A DNA stretch of 64,000 bases from an uncultured Prolixibacteraceae bacterium (GCA_964616825.1 CAZTSX010000002.1:149054-213053), one strand, 5' to 3'. Positions 53,757 through 63,429 are shown, numbered from the stretch's first letter. Program-made: numbers and translations. Notes: generated by a model not told the origin, from the letters alone.

Positions 53757-55888
53757 TGAAAGATGCCCTGAAAATCAAAAGAGGTTTAGCATTTAAACTG
53801 ATTCTGTCAGTTTTTTCTGCCATCGCCGTAATCTTCATCGTCATTTTTCTATATAACTATTCAGTCACTCGAAACACGTTGATCAAAGACCTGGATGCCA
53901 TTGCTTCTAACCTCACTGAAAGTATCGTTAACAAAGTTGACCGGACCCTTTTTGCTATGGCGAAAATTCCGGATAACCTCGCTGCGGTGATTGAACATTC
54001 TGATCTCACCGAGGAAGAACTGAAGCAGCTGTTGAAGCTGGCTGTGGAAGTCAACCCCGAAATCTATGGTTCAGCCATCGCTTTTGAACCACACTTCGAA
54101 GGGAGGAAAGATAAATTTTATTCATGGTATGCTTACCGTGAGAACGATAGTGTGGTGATGACAACCCTGGGAAGCGACCTGTATGATTATTACCTGATGG
54201 ACTGGTACCAGATCCCACGTGAAAAGAGAGAACCATACTGGACGGAACCCTATTTTGATGAAGGAGGGGCCAACATCATTATGTCGACCTATTCAGTCCC
54301 GCTTTATTTCACCAGGGGAGGGAAGAGAGAATTTGTCGGGATCGTGACTGCAGATATCTCACTTACCTGGTTACGGGAGTTGGTAGACTCGATCCGTGTG
54401 TTTGAAACCGGGTTTGGATTTCTGATTTCGCAGAACGGAACCTTTGTTACCCATCCGGTCGAAGAACTGATCATGAATGCTTCCATCTTCAGGCTGGCAG
54501 AGGAGTTTAATATGCCTATGTTCCGGGAACTGGGGAGAAAGATGATCCACCGTGAAAGCGGATTCAGCACAACGACCTATGAGAACTTTTACAACCATAA
54601 GAACAGCTGGGTTGCTTATGATCCTGTACCTAGCAATGGCTGGTCTCTGGCAGTTGTTTTCCCGGTTGATGAGTTAATGGCAGACGCACGTTATCTCAAC
54701 ATGATGATTATCCTTTTAGGCAGTGCTGGCCTGGTGGTTATCTTCCTGGTTATCCTGCTGATCTCCCGTTCGATCACTCGCCCGTTGCGCAAGCTCGCCC
54801 AGGCTGCTGAAAGCTTTGCTGAGGGAGATTTTGATGTCACCCTGCCAGAGGTAACATCCGGGGATGAGATTGGCCGGCTGACGATCAGCTTCAGGTATAT
54901 GCAAAAGACCCTGGCAGAGACAATCGGAAACCTGAAAGAAATCTCCGAACAACTTCGAATATCCAACGAGAAGCTGGAAGATTACAGCAAAACCCTGGAG
55001 TTGAGGGTGGAGGAACGCACAGCTGAGCTTGTCGCCAAGAACACCGAACTGGATAAAGCTCTCCAAACCCTGAAGGCTGCTCAGGCGCAACTGGTACAAT
55101 CTGAAAAGTTGGCTTCACTGGGTAAGGTGACAGCCGGGATTGCGCATGAGATCAAAAATCCACTAAATTTTGTGAACAACTTTGCTGAGCTTTCAACCGA
55201 CCTGGCTAGCGAACTTAAAGAGGAACTGGAAAAGGTTAAAGACCGTCTGGATGATAAGGATGTGGAGTACCTGATTGAGATCGCCGGGGATCTGGAAGGG
55301 AATGCCCGGAAGATCCATGATCATGGGAAACGGGCCGATAGTATCATCCGTGGAATGCTGCTTCACTCCCGCGGGAAATCGGGAGAGCGGCTACCTGCTG
55401 ATATCAATGCCTTGCTCGAAGAGTATGTCAACCTGGGATATCATGGCATGCGGGCTACCGATCCTTCTTTCAATATTAAAATCGAATCCTCGTACGATCC
55501 TGCTGTCGGAGTGGTTGATGTGATCCCTCAGAACCTGAGCCGGGTCTTTCTCAACATCATCAACAATGCCTGTCAGGCCACAGCACAGAAGAAAAAAGAG
55601 ATGAAGGAATCCTATTTCCCAGTGCTAACGATATCAACAAAACGGTTGAAAAAATGGATCGAGATCCGGATCAGGGATAATGGAAAAGGGATTCCAAAAG
55701 ATGTCCGGGAGAAGGTATTCAACCCTTTCTTTACGACGAAGCCTGCCGGATCAGGTACCGGCCTGGGGCTTTCGATCAGTTACGACATCGTTGTTCAGGA
55801 GCACAAGGGTGAGATCAACGTTGAATCCAGGGAAGGAGAGTATACCGAATTTATCATCCGAATCCCTGCAGGATCTTCTGCAGCTTAA
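53756..55888 (+). CDS. Sensor histidine kinase with an extracytoplasmic Cache-like domain, HAMP and a coiled coil
   Basis: TM - ~280-aa periplasmic domain (DWYQIP...WTEPYFD, dCache-like) - TM - HAMP. H-box GIAHEIKNPLNFV, with HATPase N and G boxes (NACQA, DNGKGI, GSGTGLGLSI). Confidence 0.9.
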   Translation: MKDALKIKRGLAFKLILSVFSAIAVIFIVIFLYNYSVTRNTLIKDLDAIASNLTESIVNKVDRTLFAMAKIPDNLAAVIEHSDLTEEELKQLLKLAVEVNPEIYGSAIAFEPHFEGRKDKFYSWYAYRENDSVVMTTLGSDLYDYYLMDWYQIPREKREPYWTEPYFDEGGANIIMSTYSVPLYFTRGGKREFVGIVTADISLTWLRELVDSIRVFETGFGFLISQNGTFVTHPVEELIMNASIFRLAEEFNMPMFRELGRKMIHRESGFSTTTYENFYNHKNSWVAYDPVPSNGWSLAVVFPVDELMADARYLNMMIILLGSAGLVVIFLVILLISRSITRPLRKLAQAAESFAEGDFDVTLPEVTSGDEIGRLTISFRYMQKTLAETIGNLKEISEQLRISNEKLEDYSKTLELRVEERTAELVAKNTELDKALQTLKAAQAQLVQSEKLASLGKVTAGIAHEIKNPLNFVNNFAELSTDLASELKEELEKVKDRLDDKDVEYLIEIAGDLEGNARKIHDHGKRADSIIRGMLLHSRGKSGERLPADINALLEEYVNLGYHGMRATDPSFNIKIESSYDPAVGVVDVIPQNLSRVFLNIINNACQATAQKKKEMKESYFPVLTISTKRLKKWIEIRIRDNGKGIPKDVREKVFNPFFTTKPAGSGTGLGLSISYDIVVQEHKGEINVESREGEYTEFIIRIPAGSSAA

Positions 55889-55904
55889 CTAAAATGAAGT
55901 GATT

Positions 55905-57095
55905 ATGACTGACTATCCGATGAAAAATATCGAAATTCTTGTCGTAGACGATGAAGTAGATCTGGAACCACTGGTCAGACAACGTTTTCGCCGGCAGATC
56001 CGGGAAAGGGTTTATCATTTCCTCTTTGCTCACAATGGCCTGGAAGCTCTTTCCATGTTGATCGAGCATCCTGAGATCGGGATCATCCTTTCCGATATCA
56101 ACATGCCGGAGATGGATGGACTCACCCTGTTGATGAAACTGAAAGAGTTGAAAAATCCGTCCCTGAAAACAGTTATCGTATCTGCATACGGCGATATGGA
56201 GAATATCCGCACTGCCATGAACCGCGGAGCATTTGACTTCCTCACCAAACCGATCAACTTCGAAGACCTGGAGATCACGATTAACAAAACACTGGACGAG
56301 ATCAAGCTGATCCGTAAGTCAATGGAAGAGCATCATGAGTTGTTATCGATCCAGCATGACCTCCAGACAGCCAGGGAAATCCAGCAGGCAATTTTACCCA
56401 TGGACTTTCCGGTGTTCCCTCACCGGAAGGATTTTGATATCTATGCTTCAATGACTGCAGCCAAGGAAGTAGGCGGTGATTTCTATGATTTCTTCATGAT
56501 CGATAACAATAAACTGGGATTTGTTATTGGAGACGTATCCGGAAAAGGAATCCCGGCAGCGATCTTCATGGCTGTGAGCCGCACCCTCATCCGTGCGACC
56601 GGTCTGAGAGGAATATCGGCCGAAGAGTGCATCGATTATACCAATCAGCTGCTCTGCAGTGAAAGCGCCTCCTGTATGTTCGTCACCGTCTTTTATGGGA
56701 TTCTTCATACAGATACCGGGGAGATCGAATATGTGAATGGAGGTCATAATCCTCCCTATCTAATCCGGTCTGATGGCTCGATCGAAAAGACAAAACTGAC
56801 AGGTGGGATGATCCTGGGATTCATGGAGGATGAGAGGTTCAAATCAAAGAAGATTCAGGTTCAGCCAGGAGATAAGCTTTTTCTGTATACAGATGGCGTT
56901 ACCGAAGCCTTCAATAAAGATGAAGAGGAGTTTGGTGATCAACGCCTCGAGACGTTATTGAAAAAACAGGGGACAGCTTCGGTAAAAGAGTTGATCGGCC
57001 AGACAAATAAAGAGGTTCATGCATTCTCCAAAGGCGTTCCCCAATCAGATGATATCACGCTGCTAACAATCCAGTTCAACGGTGGAGTAAAGTAA
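55905..57095 (+). CDS. Response regulator fused to a PP2C/SpoIIE phosphatase (RsbU-like)
   Basis: REC domain (ILVVDDE...LSDINMPEMDG...K) plus a PP2C domain (GGDFYDF, GDVSGKG, DGVTEA, DDITLL). An alternative GTG start lies at 55899. Confidence 0.9.
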   Translation: MTDYPMKNIEILVVDDEVDLEPLVRQRFRRQIRERVYHFLFAHNGLEALSMLIEHPEIGIILSDINMPEMDGLTLLMKLKELKNPSLKTVIVSAYGDMENIRTAMNRGAFDFLTKPINFEDLEITINKTLDEIKLIRKSMEEHHELLSIQHDLQTAREIQQAILPMDFPVFPHRKDFDIYASMTAAKEVGGDFYDFFMIDNNKLGFVIGDVSGKGIPAAIFMAVSRTLIRATGLRGISAEECIDYTNQLLCSESASCMFVTVFYGILHTDTGEIEYVNGGHNPPYLIRSDGSIEKTKLTGGMILGFMEDERFKSKKIQVQPGDKLFLYTDGVTEAFNKDEEEFGDQRLETLLKKQGTASVKELIGQTNKEVHAFSKGVPQSDDITLLTIQFNGGVK

Positions 57096-57105
57096 AGAAA
57101 GTGGA

Positions 57106-58056
57106 TCAGTAACGAACCACTTTCAGGCTGGAGACGGCAGATTCGATGTCAATGATGATCTTATTGGTACCTTCCGGATAGTTTTCTGTCTGGTACACCC
57201 CATCTCCAAGTTTATTGAAACCGTGGAATTCGCGGCTGACGAGGATCGATTCCGAGTGGATCTTACAAGCCGACTCTTTCGGGATCCTGATCTTCAACGA
57301 AGCGGCTCTGGAACTGTAGTGGATGTAAGTCAACGGATTCAGACTGCCAAGTTTGAGTTCGAGAGAAGCAGCTCCTGCATCAATCCGGGCCGTATCTATT
57401 TTGTAGTCGCTGAGATCCATTTCCACAGCAGCAGCACCCACATCAAAGTCAAGATCCCAGGCAACATGTTGGTTCAGGCGAATGTTTATTTTATTCTTCC
57501 TGACACGTCGGATTTTTTTGTTTTTCTTCAGGCGGATGTTGATGATGGTCTTCCCATCACTCTCCTCCGTAGTCATTGAGTAATCTCCGATATCTCCTTT
57601 TTTCTGAAAGGAGAGGAGTTCACCTGTCTCTCCCCTGACAAAAAAGTTCCCGGCTGCGGCATCCATCTTCAGGATGGCTTTGGGTGTTGCAGAGTCGAAT
57701 GGGACTGTTAATTCCTGTGTAGAGTATGTATATGTCCTGCTCTCACTGCCTTCATCATCCCACTCAATATCCCAATTATCACTCCAGGTCCAGGAGTGGT
57801 CGTTGAATGAGAAACACCATCGTGGCTCTGTTATTTGATTGAAGAAGATGAATGTCAAAGCAATGAAGGCAATCACCAGACTAAATTTTATAATATCTTT
57901 AATCGGAAGGATCGAGATTCCCCAGAAGATCAGTATCAAGGGCCAGAGACGCCAGATACTAACCCAATGGAAGTCAAGCCATCCGAAATTGCTGAATAGA
58001 AAAATGAGCCCGATCGCAATGAGGACCAGTGCCCAGAAAAGATGACGGAATTTCAT
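57106..58056 (-). CDS. LiaF-like membrane protein (LiaI/LiaF TM region + beta-rich C-domain)
   Basis: N-terminal TM hairpins (ALVLIAIGLIFLFSNFGW, WPLILIFWGISIL) and a C-terminal repeated beta-rich region. Confidence 0.65.
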   Translation of the reverse strand: MKFRHLFWALVLIAIGLIFLFSNFGWLDFHWVSIWRLWPLILIFWGISILPIKDIIKFSLVIAFIALTFIFFNQITEPRWCFSFNDHSWTWSDNWDIEWDDEGSESRTYTYSTQELTVPFDSATPKAILKMDAAAGNFFVRGETGELLSFQKKGDIGDYSMTTEESDGKTIINIRLKKNKKIRRVRKNKINIRLNQHVAWDLDFDVGAAAVEMDLSDYKIDTARIDAGAASLELKLGSLNPLTYIHYSSRAASLKIRIPKESACKIHSESILVSREFHGFNKLGDGVYQTENYPEGTNKIIIDIESAVSSLKVVRY

Positions 58057-58068
58057 AATGTTGCGTGT

Positions 58069-58506
58069 TTATTCGTTACTCTTTTTTTGTTTTCCATATG
58101 CATTGACCAGGAGGGCGACACCGATCACAATTAAAATGATTGGCCAGAGGTCACCAAAATCAATTCGCGGGACGAACTGGTCGACCAGAAAGATTGCACC
58201 AAGTGTAATCAATACTAGTCCGCCGATGAGATTTCCTTTGAATTTTGATTCCTGATTAGGCTTTTGAGGATTTTCTTGTGGTTCCATATCCATTTGTTTT
58301 TGGGTTTGATGTTCATTAAGAGGAGCATCCGGAGTTACGATCCATAAAATGATGTAAATAATCAGGGCTCCACCACCGAAGAGGGTGAAAATTACAAAGA
58401 GTAACCTGACCAACAGTGGATCCAGATTGAAATAATTGCCAAGTCCGGCCGCTACACCTCCAATCACTCGATCGTTAATACTTCTGTAAAGACGTTTTGT
58501 TTCCAT
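58069..58506 (-). CDS. PspC-domain membrane protein
   Basis: RLYRSINDRVIGGVAAGLGNYFNLDPLLVRLLFVI is the PspC signature. Confidence 0.85.
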   Translation of the reverse strand: METKRLYRSINDRVIGGVAAGLGNYFNLDPLLVRLLFVIFTLFGGGALIIYIILWIVTPDAPLNEHQTQKQMDMEPQENPQKPNQESKFKGNLIGGLVLITLGAIFLVDQFVPRIDFGDLWPIILIVIGVALLVNAYGKQKKSNE

Positions 58507-58615
58507 TTGCGGGAGATTTTGTTGTTAATTTTGATGGCTCGAAAGTAGATAAAGATATTTTCGGCGACAATAATTATCCGTTCAGTCTCGTGATTTCTCC
58601 GTTTAGCTCACGGAA

Positions 58616-59440
58616 TTACCCGGCCAATTCCTGTTGCTTCCTGGTATGTATCTTTGTGGAGATAGCGACGCTCACCTCAAACAGTCCGTAGAGAGGGATA
58701 GCTACGATTAATTGGCTGAAGATATCTGGACTCGGTGTGATGATGCCGGAGATAATCAGGATAGCTATAAGGGTGTGTTTTCTGTATTTTTTCAGGAAGC
58801 CAGGGGTAATTACTCCAGCTTTTGTCAGAAAAACTACGATGATGGGAAGTTCAAAGAGAAGGCCCATCAAAAGTGTCATCATGGTGACAGATCCGGTATA
58901 GGAAGAGAGTGCGATCTGGTTGCTTACCATCTCGCTTACCTGGTATCCTCCCAGGAAATTTACCATCAAAGGGACTACGATAAAATAGGAAAAGAGGACG
59001 CCGACCAGAAAAAGGAGGGAGATAGTAAATACAGCTCCACGTGAATGCTTCACCTCATCTTTGGTTAACCCGGGTTTGATGAAACGCCAGAATTGCCATA
59101 CAACAAATGGCATTGCCAGAATGATCCCGGCAACCAGGGAGATGACCATGTGCGACATGAATTGTCCGGCCAGGTTGATGTTGATAATATTAAAATAGGA
59201 GGGATCGATACAGAGGGTGGGGATAGATATCCAATCGGCTAACCGGCAAAGCAACCGGTAGGTGATGAATGTTTTTTCTTTAGGGGCCAGGAGGATGTGG
59301 TCGAAGAGAATATCCTTGAAGATGAATGCTGCAATCCCACATACAACAATGCCCACCATGCTCCAGATCAGCGTACTCCTGAGTTCATCCAGGTGCTCCC
59401 AGAAGCTCATCTCTCGTTCCGATTCGGGCGGATCTAACAT
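58616..59440 (-). CDS. tatC: Twin-arginine translocase subunit TatC
   Basis: FWEHLDELRSTLIWS and a 6-TM TatC pattern. Confidence 0.93.
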   Translation of the reverse strand: MLDPPESEREMSFWEHLDELRSTLIWSMVGIVVCGIAAFIFKDILFDHILLAPKEKTFITYRLLCRLADWISIPTLCIDPSYFNIININLAGQFMSHMVISLVAGIILAMPFVVWQFWRFIKPGLTKDEVKHSRGAVFTISLLFLVGVLFSYFIVVPLMVNFLGGYQVSEMVSNQIALSSYTGSVTMMTLLMGLLFELPIIVVFLTKAGVITPGFLKKYRKHTLIAILIISGIITPSPDIFSQLIVAIPLYGLFEVSVAISTKIHTRKQQELAG

Positions 59441-59514
59441 TTCTTTAATTCAAAATGTAAAAATATAAAATTCCACTAATAAATCTCTACTTTTACAGGT
59501 GCAAACCCACCTGC

Positions 59515-59991
59515 ATGCAAACACTCATCGTCTATATGTCTTCACACGGTTGTGCCGGGAAGGCTGCTTTGATGATCCGGGATCTGCTGCCTGATGAGGT
59601 GACTGTGATCAACCTTGAATCGGATGAATTGCCTTCGCTGGATTCGTTCCACACACTCATTATTGGGGGTTCCATCCGTATCGGCACCCTCCAGAAACGT
59701 CTCAAAAAATTCTGTGAAAAAAACCTGGACCAGTTGTTAAAAAAGAGGATCGGATTGTACATCTGCTGCATGTATGAAGGCAACAAAGCCCGGGAACAAC
59801 TTATGGAAAATTATCCTGAACCGCTTGTCAATCATGCAGTTGGAATAGGAATTTTTGGCGGGGAACTCGACTTCGACAAGATGAATGTCTTTGAACGAAT
59901 GATCATCAAGGATGTCATCGGGATCACGGTTAACGTCTCGCTCTTCAACGAAGCAGCGGTAAGGGCGTTTGTGAAGAAGATAATTGGATGA
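59515..59991 (+). CDS. Flavodoxin-domain protein (HemG-like)
   Basis: LIVYMSSHGCAGKAA and IIGGSIRIG, a short flavodoxin fold. Confidence 0.75.
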   Translation: MQTLIVYMSSHGCAGKAALMIRDLLPDEVTVINLESDELPSLDSFHTLIIGGSIRIGTLQKRLKKFCEKNLDQLLKKRIGLYICCMYEGNKAREQLMENYPEPLVNHAVGIGIFGGELDFDKMNVFERMIIKDVIGITVNVSLFNEAAVRAFVKKIIG

Positions 59992-60053
59992 CTGGATGCT
60001 CGGTGCTCGATGCTCGATGCTTGATCCCGGATCCATGAACCTTGAATCTTGAA
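59991..60053. repeat. Drifting array of about 9 x 7-bp units between convergent genes
   Basis: ACTGGAT GCTCGGT GCTCGAT GCTCGAT GCTTGAT CCCGGAT CCATGAA CCTTGAA TCTTGAA. Confidence 0.85.
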
Positions 60054-60060
60054 CGTTATT

Positions 60061-60654
60061 TTATTGCGAAGTTTCAAGCAATAGATTCATTGCCTCCCAC
60101 GATATCGCCTGCGTGATCTCTTCCACCGCTCCGGTCAGATCTGCATCATGACTTAAAAGTCCGTTTTTAAACATAAATACCTCGTAGCCCCTGTCGATAC
60201 CTCCATAATAGGTAGCCAGGGCACATCCTGTAGCGCTTAGCCCGCAGATAAAAAGCGTGTTGCATCCCTTCACCTGGAGAATACTGTCGAGGTTCGTTTT
60301 GGTAAAAGCGCTGGGATAGTTCTTGATCACCTGTGGATCACTCTCCTCAGTGTTGATAGTCTCAGGGAAAGCAAAATCCTCGCTGCCGGGTTCAGGTCCC
60401 CATTTTGGATCAGTATGATGAACCCGGATCACTGGCAGGTTATATTGCCGAAATAGCCAGATGGCTCCGTTGATATATTTTGGAGCGATTTTTTGATCTG
60501 CCTCCGACATCATCGGGATATATACGTTCTGGACATCGATCACAAGCAGAGTGGGTTTCAATGCTTTTTTCTCTGGCTTCACAAGATCCTGTGCCTGAGC
60601 TGCCCCGGATATGATAAGGAAAGAGGCAAATAGTATGGTCAGTTTCATGGTCAT
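60061..60654 (-). CDS. Secreted isochorismatase/cysteine-hydrolase family protein
   Basis: Signal peptide, TLLVIDVQN, and nucleophile region LFICGLSATGCA. Confidence 0.85.
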   Translation of the reverse strand: MTMKLTILFASFLIISGAAQAQDLVKPEKKALKPTLLVIDVQNVYIPMMSEADQKIAPKYINGAIWLFRQYNLPVIRVHHTDPKWGPEPGSEDFAFPETINTEESDPQVIKNYPSAFTKTNLDSILQVKGCNTLFICGLSATGCALATYYGGIDRGYEVFMFKNGLLSHDADLTGAVEEITQAISWEAMNLLLETSQ

Positions 60655-60843
60655 GATTATTGATTTACTATTATATGAAATGCAAATATACATCCAGATT
60701 CTCTTATGGGTTAACTGAATCTCCAAACGGACAGATTCTCTCTGCCAACGATATAAACTTTTCTTTGAACAGATATGCAACCTATTCAATATCGTTGTAT
60801 CTTTGTGAAGAAAGAAACAGATTCAATCACGAAAACAAAACCG

Positions 60844-62862
60844 ATGAAAAAAATTTACATGTTACTCATTTTTGCCTCATTGTCATGTATGACATTTGGC
60901 CAGACCTTCGTTTGGGAGGCTTTTGATGCAGGTCAGATGCCTCCGACAGACTGGACGATTGATGGTTTGGAATCGCAATGGTCAATCAGTAACACGGCAA
61001 ATGCCGGAGGAGCTGCCCCGGAAGCGATGTTTTCATGGACCTCCGCAACGAGTGTTACGAGGTTTATCTCACCCTCGCTTGACCTGACAGGACTCACCTC
61101 TGTTCAACTCTCCTTCAAGCATATGTATGACTGGTACTCCAATCCTGCTCCACTAGTAGGTGTGGCCACACGGTCTGCTGGCGGTCCCTGGACCTCAGTA
61201 TGGGAGATCGCTCCGACCGGTAACGTAGGGCCAGAACAGGTCGACATGACCATTTCTAATAGTGATGTAGGAGCTGCTGACTTCCAGTTTTGCTTTTACC
61301 TGGATGGAAATTTTTACAACCTTGACTACTATTACCTGGATAATATTCTTCTGTTCAATCCACTGAACCTGGATGGAGCCATGACCGCCCTCACCACTCC
61401 TACCTACATTGAGGGACCCACAGGGGTTACAGGCACCGTTATGAACATGGGGATCACTACTATCACGAGCCTGGATATTGACTGGCAGCTGGATGGTGGT
61501 ACTGTTCATTCTACATCATTCACAGGATTATCTCTGGCCACTCAGGATACATATGACTTTCTGTGCGCTGACCTGGTTAATGCCCCGGTGGGTGAGCACA
61601 CCCTAACTGCCTGGATAGATAAAGTAAATGGTGCAACCGATGACGATCAGAGCAACGATACACTAAGCAAACCATTAATTAAACCCAGTCATGTGGTTCC
61701 AAGGAAACCCTGCTTTGAAGAGTTTACGAGCTCAACATGCCCTCCCTGCGCTACATTTAACCTTGGTGGATTTGTAGCCTGGTGCGAGACAATGGCAGAC
61801 GATATAACCCTGGTGAAATACCAGATGGACTGGCCTGGTGCCGGTGATCCCTATTACACAGCAGAAGGCGGAGAAAGAAGAATGTATTATGGTGTTGGTT
61901 GGGTGCCATGGCTGGTTACTAATGGCGCGTTTGTGGAAACCAATATGGGGGCTGTTCAGGCTGCCTATGATCAGGCGATCCTGCAACCCGGATTGGCGGG
62001 TATTGCTGCAGCTCATGAGCTGGATAACCATGTGATCACCGTGAATGCAACCGTTCTCCCTTTTGCTGATTTTACAAATACCGTACTCCATATCGTTGTT
62101 TTTGAGTATATGACAACTGGAAATGTTGGCACAAACGGGGAAACAGAATTCCACCATGTGATGATGAAGATGATGCCTGACGCAAGCGGGACTACGCAGG
62201 ACATGTTTGACCGGAATCCTTTTGCAGTATCTGAAACGGTAGACCTGACTGGAACAAATGTTGAAGAGTGGGATGACCTTGGCGTATTGGTCCTGGTTCA
62301 GGATTATGTGACCCGGGAAGTGTTACAATCATTTTATTCAGTAGAAAATGGAACCTTTGCCGATGAAGCTCGTCTCGATAATATCCTGGTTGATGGAATT
62401 TCACTTCCGGGATTTGATCCGGATGTGTTTGATTATGATGTTGAAGTGCCGGGAGGTGTGTTAATTCCAGAGATTGAAGGAATTCCCATGGATCCGAACG
62501 CTATCGTGATTGTGGAACCTGCGTTGGAAATTCCGGGAACAACGATCATTGATGTCTTTGCGGAGGACTTGTCTACGCAAAATACCTATTCAGTGAACTT
62601 TATCTTTTCAGTTGGACAGGATGAAAACAAAGCAAATGCTGTTCGGGTGTATCCAAATCCATCAGCCGGCAACATTTATATCCACGGCGCAGACCATGCG
62701 AATGTTTCTGTTTATTCATCTACCGGCTTGAGAGTGAAGAGCATTGAGAACTTTTCAAATACAGTATTAAACCTGATGGATCTTTCAGATGGGGTATACA
62801 TGTTACGTATTCAGAAAGAGAATGGAACGATGATCCAGAAAAAGATCGTCATCGTCAAATAG
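60844..62862 (+). CDS. T9SS-sorted multidomain protein (MAM-like + CxxC thioredoxin-like/Omp28-like + cadherin-like + sorting domain)
   Basis: Signal peptide MKKIYMLLIFASLSCMTFGQ, then EEFTSSTCPPCATFN and LDNILVDGISLPGFDPDVFDYDVEV. The sorting domain reads VRVYPNPSAGNIYIHG...GVYMLRIQ. Confidence 0.85.
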   Translation: MKKIYMLLIFASLSCMTFGQTFVWEAFDAGQMPPTDWTIDGLESQWSISNTANAGGAAPEAMFSWTSATSVTRFISPSLDLTGLTSVQLSFKHMYDWYSNPAPLVGVATRSAGGPWTSVWEIAPTGNVGPEQVDMTISNSDVGAADFQFCFYLDGNFYNLDYYYLDNILLFNPLNLDGAMTALTTPTYIEGPTGVTGTVMNMGITTITSLDIDWQLDGGTVHSTSFTGLSLATQDTYDFLCADLVNAPVGEHTLTAWIDKVNGATDDDQSNDTLSKPLIKPSHVVPRKPCFEEFTSSTCPPCATFNLGGFVAWCETMADDITLVKYQMDWPGAGDPYYTAEGGERRMYYGVGWVPWLVTNGAFVETNMGAVQAAYDQAILQPGLAGIAAAHELDNHVITVNATVLPFADFTNTVLHIVVFEYMTTGNVGTNGETEFHHVMMKMMPDASGTTQDMFDRNPFAVSETVDLTGTNVEEWDDLGVLVLVQDYVTREVLQSFYSVENGTFADEARLDNILVDGISLPGFDPDVFDYDVEVPGGVLIPEIEGIPMDPNAIVIVEPALEIPGTTIIDVFAEDLSTQNTYSVNFIFSVGQDENKANAVRVYPNPSAGNIYIHGADHANVSVYSSTGLRVKSIENFSNTVLNLMDLSDGVYMLRIQKENGTMIQKKIVIVK

Positions 62863-62867
62863 ATCTC

Positions 62868-62922
62868 TGTAAGGGTGACCGGAACGGTCGCCCTTACAAA
62901 AATTTGTCCGGTCGCCCTTACA
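62868..62922. repeat. Palindromic element with one left arm and two copies of the right arm
   Basis: TGTAAGGGTGACC (62868-62880) pairs with GGTCGCCCTTACA at 62886-62898, with one G-T position. GGTCGCCCTTACA recurs at 62910-62922. Confidence 0.8.
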
Positions 62923-62928
62923 GATGTT

Positions 62929-63429
62929 TTAGGTAAAGATAATCTGCGTCTGCTGGCCACCACACCGTTCGTAAAATTCACCGATGGTGAGTACGCCTTT
63001 CACGCCATCATAGAGGTCACTCTCTTTCAACTTGAACATATCCATAGCCAGTTTGCAGGCATAGATCTCACCGCCACCAGCTTCTATCATCTCCAGAAAT
63101 TCGGGGACCGGAGGGATATCCAGCTTCTCCATCTGACTTTTCATCATGGCAGATACACCTGCTTCTACTCCAGGTAAGGTGCCGAGAAGGGTAGGAAAGG
63201 GGAGTCCGCCAGGCATGCGCATGGCAGGGTTTCCGACAGTACCGGTCTTTAGTTTATTCATGTATTTCTTCGTAATGGCATCCAGGCCGAAGAAAGTGAA
63301 AAAGATCTTGGTCTCGATCCCCTCCATCACGGCGCCGTTGGCCATGACCAGGGAAGCATATACATCTTCAATGGTGCCCTTGGCACAGATGATGCATACT
63401 TTTTTCAGGGGGTGTTCTTCTTTTGTCAT
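62929..63429 (-). CDS. DsrE/DsrF-like family protein
   Basis: KKVCIICAKGTIEDVYASLVMANGA...FFTFFGL, a DsrE-like fold signature. Confidence 0.8.
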   Translation of the reverse strand: MTKEEHPLKKVCIICAKGTIEDVYASLVMANGAVMEGIETKIFFTFFGLDAITKKYMNKLKTGTVGNPAMRMPGGLPFPTLLGTLPGVEAGVSAMMKSQMEKLDIPPVPEFLEMIEAGGGEIYACKLAMDMFKLKESDLYDGVKGVLTIGEFYERCGGQQTQIIFT

